DNA of 63,770 bases, the filler included. It is 5 parts of 5 records of this genome, joined end to end, with 100 filler letters (N's around TTAATTAATTAA, not from the genome) between each part and the next. Parts side by side here need not be neighbours in the genome. Positions count along the whole stretch, not along the records: positions 55,448 to 63,770 come from SRR20825019_1760; 4 more parts are not named here. One strand, written 5' to 3'. This document shows, one piece after another, positions 63,149 to 63,770 of this stretch (within the stretch, counting starts at the first letter, position 1; the number at the start of each line of letters is the position of its first letter). The position numbers were made by a program, and so were the translations under genes. The notes below the pieces were generated by a model that made no database searches, was not told the DNA's origin, and saw only the letters and a program-made list of their open reading frames with translations.

Positions 63149-63770
63149 GCCACCCGTGCCGTTATCTCCCTCGTCTGCCTGTTGCGGTTCAGTCCCCCTC
63201 CCCCACTGCGCCCCACCGTGTGCTTCGTATCCACTTCTTTGGTGGCTCAACCATTCTGTTATACGAATCAGTCTAAAGCTTGAGTTTGCCTTGTCCGGGC
63301 GTAGTGCGGTGCGCCAAACCGTGAACCGCGGACTGACGCGCCTGGCGGCGGGGGCGGGGGCGGGGCGCGGGACACAGGCGTCCCGGCCCGTCCCGGGGCG
63401 TCCGGGGCCGTACGGCCCGCCGGCGCCGGCGGGCTTGGGACCGGCCCGGGCCGGGCCGGGCGGCCCGGCCCGTCCGGTCGTCGGGCCGGGCCCGGGACGC
63501 CGACGCCGGGCCGGGCGCGGGCGGCCGGGCGGGCGGGCCCCGGCCACACTCACTGGACATGGCCGCCCCGGCGGGCCCACAAGCCCGGCCAGCGGCCGGG
63601 TTCCGTTTCGACCGGACCGGACGGGGAGCCGCCGCGGGCCCGCGCGGCGACCGGCGACCGCCCGGCCGGCCGCCGCCCGGCGCCGCCCGGCCGGGCGGCG
63701 CCGCCCCGGCCCGGCCGGCCCGGAACATGGCTGCCGGCGGGTGGCTCAGTGACCCCCGCGGGGCTGGTTC

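Noticed and set aside
62846-63752. Long Pro/Arg/Gly/Ala-rich ORFs in the track (258, 244, 151 aa)
   Set aside because: Result of stop-codon scarcity in very GC-rich DNA; only the part from 63148 downward belongs to the RNase III-like gene

Overview
The window is not one chromosome segment. It is five contigs joined by artificial 100-nt linkers (44 N + TTAATTAATTAA + 44 N) at 25461-25560, 33606-33705, 48705-48804 and 55348-55447, and the contigs come from at least two domains of life. Contigs 1 (1-25460) and 3 (33706-48704) are typical marine Flavobacteriaceae core genome: an RND efflux trio, LRR protein, ABC-F, gldKLMN, topA, miaB, lptE, gcvT, thrABC with an unannotated Thr-rich leader peptide, nnr, a BLUF photoreceptor, clpC and the start of gyrA. 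Contig 4 (48805-55347) is an AT-richer Flavobacteriaceae-like accessory locus. It carries a divergent cbb3-like heme-copper oxidase (CcoN-like subunit with a signal-peptide extension and altered proton-channel residues, a CcoO-cytochrome c fusion, no ccoQ/ccoP), small accessory proteins, an HMA chaperone, a DUF2490 barrel and a sulfide:quinone oxidoreductase. A TGTAAC-N4-GTTACA palindrome sits at identical spacing from the -7 boxes of two promoters there; this is the best candidate for a poorly described system. Contigs 2 (25561-33605) and 5 (55448-63770) are from a compact-genome eukaryote with ~50-nt GT-AG introns: phosphoserine aminotransferase, an ENT nucleoside transporter, a large secreted FG-GAP/EGF/mucin-like protein, MSP1/ATAD1, an inactive RNase III + dsRBD (mL44-like) protein and an orphan ORF. 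All calls are from manual motif recognition; no database searches were run.
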